Origin: a virus
Taxonomy: Duplodnaviria > Caudoviricetes
DNA: 55,000 bases
Virus record (IMG/VR): IMGVR_UViG_3300046534_001090
Location: 1 to 55,000 of that record
Direction: 5' to 3' (one strand)
Shown here: positions 27,661 to 38,800 of the stretch, piece by piece
How positions within the stretch are numbered: position 1 is the first letter of the stretch
Layout of the letters: each line of letters opens with the position of its first letter
Program-made: the position numbers and the translations under genes
The notes under the pieces: model-generated
Database searches by the model: none
The model's input: only the letters and a program-made list of their open reading frames with translations
Told to the model about the DNA's origin: nothing

Positions 27661-28464
27661 ATGAGTAAGGCACTCAAAAGTATAAAAAAGGTAGTCAAGA
27701 AGGCCTGGGATAATAAGATCATTAGAGGTCTTATTATTGCTGCCACTATTTATGTTGGCGGTGCAGCTCTTGGCGCATGGGGTTCACCTTTTTCAAGTAT
27801 TAATGGTGCATTGGTGAAGGGGGCGGCAGGAGCCGGAGCACCTGTTACCACCTCGGTTCCCGCCTTCACTGCTGGCGGAACATCTGCAGCAACTACAGCA
27901 ACCACCGCAGCAGGAGCCACTACGGGCGCCACTACGGGGGCTACTTTAGGTAATGTAGCTGCAACCGCAGCTCGTGCCGCTCCTACGGGCATTCCGGGGA
28001 TGACTGTTGTTCCCGGTGCTGGTGCTGGCAGTGTTACGGCAGGACAAGTGGCCGGCACAGTCGCACCAGTAGCAGCAGCCGCACCAGCCGCACCATCATC
28101 TATTGCATCATCTGTTGCCAATCCTGATGTTGCTATGGCTCCCGGCCCAACACAAAAGCCCGGAATCATTAGTCGCATGATGAGCGGCGTATCTGAATTG
28201 GGAACAATAGCCAAAGACAATCCTTTGGCTGCTGGAATGCTTGTTTCCGGTGCTGCCAGTGCTATGGGTCCGGATGAAATAGATCTTATGCGCGAGCAAG
28301 AGCGCCTTAGACAAGAAAAAGAAGATGAGGATCTTCAAAGAAGAAATGAGAATTGGGACGTAAGCGGTATTTCGCTTCCTCAATATCAGCAGAGTAATCT
28401 TAAGTTTGCCAGTACAGGCGAGCCAATATTTGCTAACGGCATCATTCAAAGGAGAATGACATGA
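27661..28464 (+). CDS. Internal virion (ejection) protein
   Basis: Basic N-terminus, hydrophobic segment, Ala/Gly/Thr-rich body. Confidence 0.65.
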   Translation: MSKALKSIKKVVKKAWDNKIIRGLIIAATIYVGGAALGAWGSPFSSINGALVKGAAGAGAPVTTSVPAFTAGGTSAATTATTAAGATTGATTGATLGNVAATAARAAPTGIPGMTVVPGAGAGSVTAGQVAGTVAPVAAAAPAAPSSIASSVANPDVAMAPGPTQKPGIISRMMSGVSELGTIAKDNPLAAGMLVSGAASAMGPDEIDLMREQERLRQEKEDEDLQRRNENWDVSGISLPQYQQSNLKFASTGEPIFANGIIQRRMT

Positions 28465-29138
28465 TGGAAGGTGGCATGATTAATTCCCGTATGGGTCCAG
28501 AACAAGATCAGCTCGCGAGTAGCCAGACTTCTCCTGGTGATGGTGAAAGCGAGTCTGATCTTTCAAATCAAGATACCGAGCAGGCATCCGAGCAGCAGTT
28601 AGCCATTGAGGAAGCAGGTAAGACTATCCTTTATGATGATAATTCTAACCAGGCTATTCTTAAAAACCTTGAAGGTGGCGCCGAAGATCCTTATAGGGCT
28701 GTAGCTCAGACTGCCTTTATGCTGGTAGTTGACCTTGATAAAAGATCTGGCGGTAAATTACCGGAAGAAGACCTTGTTCCCGCGGCTATAACCATAATGA
28801 ATGAGATTGCTCTTATCGGATCTATGTCTGGTGCTGTTGAGTTACCGGGCGTGACTATGGATGAGCAGACAAATCAGCCTATTTTAGATGAAGCGGTTGA
28901 AGGTAAGTTAATTCAGAATCTAGTAGTATTGGCCTTAGAAAACGGGGTGATAAGCCCGGAACAGATTCAAGAGCTCGCTAATGATATGGGTGATGAAGAG
29001 CTTCAGGCTATAATTGCACAGCAAGAACAGATTGCCGGTGGCCAACAGGGTCAGGCGCCAGTATCACCGCAAGAACAAGCACCACCACAGCAGGAACAAA
29101 TTGCAGGCACACAGCCGCAGGGGGCTATGAATGGCTAG
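28461..29138 (+). CDS. Hypothetical acidic protein in the ejection block
   Basis: Overlap-coupled to both neighbours. Confidence 0.65.
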   Translation: MMEGGMINSRMGPEQDQLASSQTSPGDGESESDLSNQDTEQASEQQLAIEEAGKTILYDDNSNQAILKNLEGGAEDPYRAVAQTAFMLVVDLDKRSGGKLPEEDLVPAAITIMNEIALIGSMSGAVELPGVTMDEQTNQPILDEAVEGKLIQNLVVLALENGVISPEQIQELANDMGDEELQAIIAQQEQIAGGQQGQAPVSPQEQAPPQQEQIAGTQPQGAMNG

Positions 29139-29814
29139 AGGTATCGCTGGTAAATTTCTACGGGGTGTTAATGCTGTAGCTGCTCCTGCTGCTCTTGCAC
29201 AGCAGCAATCCAATATTGAACAGAAGCGCATGCAGATTCTGCAAGGTTATGCACAGCAAAATATGCAGGCCCAGCAAGATTTTAATGTTGCCAGTGATGA
29301 CCGCAGGCAGGGTTATGCTGTTGAGAATCTTGAGACTGCTCAAGGGTATGCAGAAGATAACCGGGCGGCAGATCAAGCATTTAGTAGAGTTGAGAATGCT
29401 GCCGATCGATCCTTGCAAGTCGAAAGAAACGAGATGGCAGGCGAGACTTTAGATATTGAAAGAGATAGATTTGAAATTGCCAAAGAGCAGGCAGTTGTTG
29501 CGCTGGAAAGTGCCGAACTTGGTCTTGCTGACAAGAAGAGGCTTGAGGGTTTATATCAAATTGTTGCAGATGTTAATTCTGCTGAAGAGGCGAGAGATCA
29601 AGCTGCAGAAGCTATTAATCAACTTACCGGGAAAGGTGGTAATGAAAGCTATAGCGCAATAACGGCATTTAGTGAGCCTAATGAATATGGCGAGCAAACC
29701 AAGGCTGCGGGTGTTCTCAATAGAAGAACTGGCGAACAAGAGTGGATATCCCCAAGTTATGGCAATAACCAAGATGATGATCCTTTAGGTATACGGTCGA
29801 GAATCAGAAAATAA
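29131..29814 (+). CDS. Internal virion (ejection) protein
   Basis: Gln/Ala-rich helical protein, TAATG-coupled to the giant gene. Confidence 0.65.
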   Translation: MARGIAGKFLRGVNAVAAPAALAQQQSNIEQKRMQILQGYAQQNMQAQQDFNVASDDRRQGYAVENLETAQGYAEDNRAADQAFSRVENAADRSLQVERNEMAGETLDIERDRFEIAKEQAVVALESAELGLADKKRLEGLYQIVADVNSAEEARDQAAEAINQLTGKGGNESYSAITAFSEPNEYGEQTKAAGVLNRRTGEQEWISPSYGNNQDDDPLGIRSRIRK

Positions 29815-32800
29815 TGACATTAGAAGAAATCCGGCAGAAGTATCCTCAGTATGCTGATCTGAGTGATCAGGTACTTGCGGATTCCTTGTATGAAAGCTCT
29901 TACTCAGATATTGAACGTCCTGAGTTTGATTCCCTTGTGGGTTTTCAGGCTAAACCTGATGCTCCTAATGCCAGCATTATTGATACCGCTCTTGATTATG
30001 GTATCGATTTTTCATCCGGCGCTGTTAGCTTGGGCGAATCGGTTGTTGGTATTGGTGATCTGCTAACAGGGAACTTAGTTGGCAAAGGTCTATCTTCTAT
30101 TGGCTATGACCCTGAAAAGACTAGAGAAATACTCAAGTCAGGCTATAGCCCTGAAAGAAAGCAGCAACTAGAAGAAGTTCAAGCTGCTGAAGGCTTTCTT
30201 AATACTGTTATTGCAGCAATTCAAAATCCCGGTGTGGCCATTGGCACAATCATTGAATCAACTCCTTATTTGCTAGGTAGTGCTGCACTGGTTAGATCTG
30301 CCGGCACTTCAATGCTGGCAAGCAAAGGCATAACGCCTGGAACAAAAGCCGCACAGATATTCTTTAAAGACCCCAAAGTTCTGACTAAGTTGGCTACTAT
30401 CGGCGCCATTAGTGAAGGAGCTATGGCCGCGGGCAGCATCCAAGAACAGGCAAGGCAGGAAGGGCAGGGCTATTTTGATTCAGCTGGCTATGCTCTTGCG
30501 GCGGGAGCCGGCACAGCTCTTATAGGCAGGCTTGCATCCAGAATACCGGGCTTTGGTGATTTGGAAACCACTGTTGGTACTGCCGGCTTAGGTGCAGGCG
30601 AAGGGTTTACTACCGGCAGACTCAAACAAGCCATTATGGATATCGGCAAGGGTGCTATTCAAGAAGGTGTGCTCGAGGAATTACCTCAGTCTGCACAAGA
30701 GCAAGTATTCAGTAACCTAGCACTTGATAAGCCATGGAATGAGAACGTGCCTGAAGCTGCTGCCATGGGCTTGATAGCCGGTGCCGGCATGGGTGGTGGT
30801 GTAGGTATTATCCGCACTGCTATGCGTAGAAAAGATATCGAAGAAACAATTGCAGGGATTACCGACCCTGATAAATCAATCGATGACGCTATCTCAGAAG
30901 CTGATCAGATCCTTCAGGGTAATGAGGTTGAGTTTAACGCGGCTATTGAATCATCTGCTATTGAGTCTCAGGCCAAAGAGCGAAGCGATATCATTCAAGA
31001 TATCCAAAACCAGATAGCCGAAGCTGACAAGAAAATTGAGAAGGCCCGCGGTGATAGAAGCCAATCTGATATTGATACGGCCACTACTGAAAGGCAGGGA
31101 TTAAGGTCAGAGCTATCGAACATGATAGGCATGGACCTTGATACAACTTTTAACCCTACTGTTAGCAACATGGAAGCTACTCTTATTCCGGGCGAGCAGA
31201 TACCTGGCATTGATATAGTTAGACAGGCACTAGGTCTTGAGATAGAAACAGATCAGCAGTCTCAGGCCCGTCTAGATGGCACTCTTGGCAATGTAGACTT
31301 TACCCCTACTGCTAACACCGATTTATCAATAGCTCCACGTGAAACCGCAGAGGATACGGGAGGCATAGACTTTGAGCGCCCCGAGATAACTACTAGCAGG
31401 CTAGAGCCTAGCGCAAATATACAAACCAGCCCTATTGAATCTGTTGACTTCAAAACAACGGATCTTGCTATTGAGACTAACGATCAGGCTAATAGCCGGT
31501 TATCTTCCAATAATACAACCGTAGACTTCCAGCCTAGCAAGACTTCCAGCATGGAGTTAGCGCCTAAAACCGCTCCTACCACTGGCAGTATCGACTTTGT
31601 TCGGCCAGAAAGGACTACAAGCCAATTAGATGGTGCCGAAACACAGCGCCCCGGCGAGCAGATACCTTCCGTTGATTTTGAAAGGCCAACTGCTTTATCT
31701 ACTACCGATATTCCCGCTACAAATCAGGATGCTACTACCAGCGCCCCAGCTGTCGATTACAATCCAGATAGACTACCTCTTGTTAAAAGCGATGGGACCG
31801 CATTTAAAACAGAAAAATCGGCCACTATGTCAAAGCAGTTTAAATCTGTACCTGGTGCGACTGTTATTCCTGTAGACGGTGGTTTTGCTGTTAAGCCTCC
31901 TACCGCCGAGCAAGTTCAGGCTACTAAAGATCAAGCTGCTGAAGCTGACAAGGCTTCTACCGAACTATCCACAAAGATTAGAGGTATTGTAGGGCGATCA
32001 GAAAAGCTAAGCGATGCAAGAACCGCTGTTGCTCGAGAGCTTGGCAATGAAGTTACTCAGCAGCAAGAACAGAATATCAAGTCTTACTGGAATCAGGATC
32101 AGCAAAAAGCCCGTAAACAGATTAAGGAAAGCGATTCACTAGCTGTTGCAATAGCGAAGCTAGGCGGCATTGATATGAGCTACCGCGAGGATATGACTCG
32201 CGATACTACTGAAAACAAGATGGTTCCCGGTGTCGGCGCCATGTTTAACAAGAAAGGTACTAGCCCTGATGATATGGCTACTGCCTTGCTGCAGTACAAC
32301 TACCTTACTCAGTCTGAAATTGATAACGCGATGGATAACGGGGGTGTTAATGCGCTTGCCGATCTAATCAATGAAGAGCTTGCTGGCGGGAAGAAGCGGT
32401 ATCAGGTTGGATCTGCTTTTGAGCAAGAGCAGATGAATGCTGAAATTGATGCCGAGTACCTTGAACAGAAACAAATTGTTGAAGAAGATCGTGACGATGT
32501 ATATTCTGAGATTGCTGCCGAATACGGCCAAGAAATAGCTGACCAGGCTAGGGTTTATGATCAAGATACTGAAGACTATGTTTATACGCTAGAATCTGAC
32601 CTTGATTCTCAGATGGAATCTCAAATTCAACAGGAGAGGGATTTAGAAAATGAAACAATCAACCAAGACGCGGCAGAGGCCAGCACCACCACCAGTGATG
32701 AGTCCATTGGGCAAACTGCTGACCAACAGAGCGGATTCGCTAGAACAGAGGATCAAAACGCTCAAGAAGAAGACTTCCAGCTAGGCCAGCAATCAGATGC

Positions 32801-35800
32801 TGATATCTTGGCTCAAGAGCGCGCGCAGAAAGCTGCTGACGATACCGCCAAAAAAGCTGAAGAAAAGCAAAAGGCTGACGATGAGTTAGGTGATTTTAAT
32901 CTTGCCGGCTCAAATTCGGCGGTAGACCAGGCTGAATCTCGCGGCCAAGGCAATATGTTCGATGCCATGGGCCGGGCTCCTGTCTCTGATACTGAGGCAG
33001 AGGTTCAAAGACTAACTAAGCAAGTAAACAAAGGCGAAGGAACAGATCAGCTTAGAGCTAAAGCCGGTGGTGAGTTTGGCCCTAATGGGGAGTGGTATGA
33101 AGGTGGTAAGTTTATCGCTACTACAAACCTTCCTAAAAGAATGCAAGTGTGGCTAAAAAACGCTACTAGAAATACAGAAGTTCTTACCGAGTTTGCGACT
33201 GACGATACCCCTGCCAAAAAATCTATTCCTCGTATTGGTCAATTCCCGATTGTTTCTGGCATTGCTGATGCTTATGGGGCGTTTGGTCCTCAGGGGAAAA
33301 CAAGCGATGGCCGCGAAGAGTGGATGAGAGAAAACTATAGCCCGGATCTTTATGCTGAAATAGTGAAAGCCAGGGATTTGTATATCAGTGGCGATAGATG
33401 GGTAAGCGTGCTTGATTTTCCTCTTTCTGCCAATGTATCCGATCTATCTCGAATGATTGTCAACGATATTGCTGTGCCAGAAGAGGCAATAATTAACAGG
33501 GACCAGAAAGTTCAAGACAATATTCGCGCTGTGCAGAAAGCGTATGAAAATGAGTTTTCAGATATTGTCACCACTCCCGCCGAAACATCTAGCGCCGAAT
33601 TAGTAGATGCTGATATCTTTGAAGCTATAGATAATGCCGCAGATTACAACAAGAAATTAGAAAATAGCTACGTAGAGCGCAATTTCTCAGACCAGATTTC
33701 TGCTGAATTCTTAAAAATTCGCACTAGGACAAAGCGCAACGAATGGTTAGACGATAATCTAACCGGCGACCAAGAAAATGAATTGCAGGATTTGTATAAT
33801 TTAGATGAGGATAGGCTTAACGAATTGTCTCAATACGTGGGTCAGTTTGATGATAGCTCCCCGCAAGCCATGGGAAAAAGCATTGCCTTGTGGTTTAAAG
33901 ATGTTGATTCTAAAAATTTCAAAGATACCCCGCAATACGCTGGAATTCTTAGTGCGCTAGAGTTTGCGAAATCAAAAAACTGGGACTTAAATACGGTAAT
34001 GGTTGGCGCTACTGATCGAATTAATGAGTGGGCTGGTAGCGATGCGGCTGAATTATTCCCTAGATTCTTCGGGCAAGATGCCGACAATACCCGCACCATA
34101 GAGCAGGTCCAGCTTGAATATCAAGCTGTAGAGGTTCTTAACGGCGATGATATGACTGAGTCTCGCCTTGAACAACAAGATACCTTGAGAGAGGAAGCTA
34201 AGGATCTACAGGTAGAAAAAGCTCAATCCATGCTTGATGAGGGCAAGGTTCCTGTATTTCAGGAAGGTGATCTTTATTACACAATTACCCCTTCTACCAG
34301 ATCACAAGGCAAGTACCAGCTTACTACCTACAATAAGACTGGTGCGCTTGGTGACACTACCCTTAATTCCCTTGAAGCAATCAATCGAGAACTTCAGTTA
34401 GCCTCGGCTACCATATTGCCAGAATCAGAAGCTGATAAGGTTATGGGCGATATAGCGATTGCTGAAGGTGAGTTTCAGGAGAGAAGAACTAAATCACAAG
34501 AGCAGGCGAATGATCCTGCCAGTCAAGCTATCTCACAATTTACCACTGCCATTAAGGATCTCACTGATCAATTAAAGGCTCCTGCTGCTACGGGTCAAGC
34601 TACTCAAACTGTTGCCGAACCAGATGTAAAATCAACTCCATTAAGTCAAGCCGATGAACAAGTTTCTAAAATACCTGATGGCGACTTGCCTATTGATGAG
34701 TTTAAGGCGGCTTTTGAATTCGTTGTTGAAAACAAGGAAGCTATTAAAACTGAACTTAGCAGTAGTATGACTAAGGCTCAATTGCTAGACAGACTAGGCG
34801 CTTACGAATCCTCTCGCTATAAAAATGAAAAAAAGTCGATGGTTGTATCTACTGTTTTTGACGATATTTTAAGCGACTTCTTGGCGCCCACTGCTGGCGA
34901 ATCTGGAATGATTAGCTACTCTATTGGCATGGGCGGTGATGCTACTCAATCTAAGAGGAATAAGATAAATGCGCTTACTCAGGAAGATTTAGATAACCAT
35001 GCTACTCGCATAGAGCAAAGCAGGAAAGACCGCGCCAAAGCTCTTGAGGAAAAAGAAGAAGGCATTGAAAACCCTGAAAGTATTCAGGACTATGAAAATT
35101 TACTTAATAAGCTTGCTCGTGAAAATGAAGTAAAAACCTTTGCTGAGGCTCGTAACTTACTACCGTTAGATCAGCGTATGGAATTTGATGTGTTAAAGGC
35201 CGCTGAATCAAGAGGTAAGCGCGTTGATAATAAGGATGCAGAAAAAACAAGACTTCAAACTTCGGATATAGCTCAAGTTGGTGAAATTATTGAAACTACT
35301 CACACCAAGAAAGGCTATGACCTTTTTGTTATTCAGCTCGAAGACCGTATTGAAAAGGAAGAATATCAAAAACTAAATGCGTCTGCTAAAAAACTGGGCG
35401 GTCGTTACTCATCGTTTAGAGGGAGTGGGGCTATACCAGGCTTTACTTTTACTGAGCGTGATAATGCTGAAGCATTTCAAAAGCTGGTTGGTGGTGATAC
35501 TGATCAAGCGCAAGAAGTCGCGCAGGCCCGTAGGGATGAGTTTAAAGATGATAAGTCACAGTCTGCTGTCGAGCGCCTTAGAACTATGGCAGATTCCCTT
35601 GAAGAAAGAGCTAATACGTCATTAAATCAAGACAGAAAAGAAAATACGGCTCGCAGGGCAGGGATGGCAGCTAGTGCTACTGCTAAAGCTGAAGCTGAAA
35701 TTGCTATGGCTCAAACCATGAATAATATTGCCAACTCTATTGAGTCTGGTGATGCTCAATTTTTAGATCAAGTTAGAACTAAAACCCAAGTAGAAATGCT

Positions 35801-38800
35801 GGATTCTTTTATTCATATTGCCAAAAGTGAACAGGCGTATGAAATGTTCCCCGGCGATTACACTAAACAGCAAAATTTTAAATACTCAGAGCCAACAGCC
35901 GAAACAGCTGAGAAAGCGGTTTTCCCTGCTTACGTTGCTTGGAGGTCTGATCTAGCCAAGTTAGGAAGACAGCTCCAAGAAATACCAGGCACTAAGCGCA
36001 TGGGCGACAATCTAATAAAAGTTGCTGATGATGTTAGTTCTCAATATACAAAATGGGCAAAAGATAATTTAATCGAAGCATCTGTGTTTAAAAAAGCTGA
36101 TGGTTCTTTAGCGGCATTTTCTACAAAGAAAGCCGCTCTAGCTTCTATATATGTTTCTGGGTTTAGCGGGCAGGCCATTCCATTCCAGGTCAAAAGAGGT
36201 GAGCATGTTATAGTTTTGAGCCCTTCTGAAGCTCAAAAAAGGGGAATATGGGAAGGCCAAGAGGATAAAAAAATATCCTTGTCCAAAGATTTTTCAAGCG
36301 AGCTAATTACAAAGTTAAATCGCAAGTCGGTTGATGTTCCTTGGATACTTGATTCTGCTCACGCCAAACGCAAGCGGCTTTCTGCGATGAACATTGAAAC
36401 CCCTGCTGAATTTAGATCGATGATGCAAGAATACATTGCAAGCAAGTCTCAAGCCAAAGAGCCAAACAAAATCAAGGAACTTGAGAGGGCTATGGTTGGG
36501 CGCCGTAATGATGGTTTAGATTTTTTCCCAACTCCTGCTCTTGTTGCTGGCGAAATGATTGATGCTGCTGGCATTGAAGAGGGAATGACAGTTTTAGAGC
36601 CTTCTGCGGGCATGGGTCATATCGCAGACCAGGTACGCCAAGCAGGTTTCGAGCCTGACGTTGTTGAAATATCTGGCGATAGACGAGAACTGTTAGAAGC
36701 TAAGGGTTATAACGTAATCGATACAGATTTTCTTGAGACTACGGATAAGTATGATCGCATAATAATGAATCCTCCTTTTTCTGACCGCAGGGATTTTGAG
36801 CATGTTCAACACGCCTATTCTCTGCTCAACGAAAATGGTCGCTTAGTTGCCATTGTTGGTGAAGGTGTTTTTTTTGGCAGTGACAAGAAAGCAAAAGAAT
36901 TTAGAGACTGGTTTGAATCTACTGGTGGTACTGATGAGAAATTAGCAGAAGGTACTTTTCAAGATCCGTCTTTGCCAGTAACAACTGGTGTTAATGCCCG
37001 CATGATCGTAATAGACAAATCTTCTGATGAAGATGTTCTATTTAGCGATGATGATATCCTTCAAATATCCAAACTTCAGGCAGATCCTGATGTTAGAGGA
37101 TTAAAGGTAGAGAAGATCAGGGGGTCACTAGCCCCGGCTCTTGCGAATCTAAATCAGATAGATGGCTTTGATGTAGAGATACTTCAATCGGTTGGTGATC
37201 TTCCACCAGGCGCGTTAAACCAGACTGACAAGAATGGCCGGTACAAAGGCGCATTCTACCAAGGCAAGGTGTATCTATTCGCTGATAACCTGAATAGCCG
37301 GCGCGATGCCGAGACTACACTCGCGCATGAGCTGGTAGGCCATAAAGGGGTGCTTGTTGGCGCCACTGCTGAAGAGTGGTCAGGCATTAAGAAAGATATA
37401 AATAACCTTCTAAAATTGAAGAATGCTACTGCTGTAGATATTGCCAGTGAGACTAACCGCAGATACAAGAATTTAAAGCAAGGCAGTGAAAACTGGAATA
37501 AAGAATTTCTGGCCATTGCTGCCGAGCGTAGATCATTGCGCGGCACTTTAAAAGATATGGTAGAGCGGGTTAAGGCCATTGTTCGCAGATACATGAAAGA
37601 GCTTGGCTTTAAAGGTCCGTTCGCTGAATCAGATATCGAATCAATACTTCAAAACTCTGAGCAGAATCTTCGCAATCGTAGGGGTGATCCTAGAGCTAAT
37701 CCTAATGACTCATTTTTGGGTGTTAGTGATTTACCAATGGACACAGAATCGCGACTACAGAGAGCCAGGGATATGGGCTTTGATACAGATACTGTTTATT
37801 ACCATAAATCAAAAAACGACTTTGAGGAATTTTCTAGGGACGCTGAATCAGGCTGGACGATCGACAAGAAAACAAATGGGATTTATTTCGCCAGCGATCG
37901 TGATTATGTAAATATGTATTCTGGAACTACTGTTTACCCTACATATTTAAAGAAGGGAGCAAGGATTAAAGACGTTAGCTCTAACTTGGAGCTATCAGAT
38001 CAGCACAAAGAAACCAGAAAGGCTGAACAAGACGGATTTACGGCTGTAAGAATTACAGACAATTCTTTGGGTGAGTTTATTGTTTTTGACCCTTCCCAGA
38101 TACGCTCAGTCAACGCAGAGTTTGATCCAGATTTCTCAGATAGCGGCAATATCTTAATGAGCCAGGAAGAGCCCGATAGCGCATTAAAAGAAATAGCTGA
38201 TCGAGTATTGGCTAAAACTAATCGGGGATCCTTTGCAAACACTTTAAAGCAGTCTATTGAAGACCATAAGGACAATTGGCAATCAACTATGCGAAGAGGT
38301 TTGGTTGATGAGTACCAGTCTATCGCTGACCTTGAAACAGCCCAATATGGGGAGCTTAGGGATGCCACAGATTCGGCATACAAAGCGGCTACTTTCAGCA
38401 AGAAAAGTGGAACAGTATTAGATTCGGTTATGACCTATGGTGCGCCAGTGTATAAGGATGGCGGCATAGAGATTGATGAAAGCATGCCAGGTCTAGTTAA
38501 AATCTTTGAGCCCTTGGCTATGCGCGGGATGGTTCGAGAATGGGAATTGTGGGCCGGTGCTGTTAGAGCTAAGAGGCTAATGGCTGAAGGCCGCGAAAAC
38601 CTATACACGCAAAAAGATATCGATACTATTCTTGGGTCTGTTACCGGCAAGAAGTTAGAGCTGTATCAAAAGATTCAGCGTAACTGGACCGCATTTAATA
38701 AGCGCATGCTAGATTTTTCTGAAGCAGCTGGCCTGATCAATCCTGAAGAGCGACAACTATGGGAAAGTGATGATTATGTGCCTTTCCATCGCATATCAGA

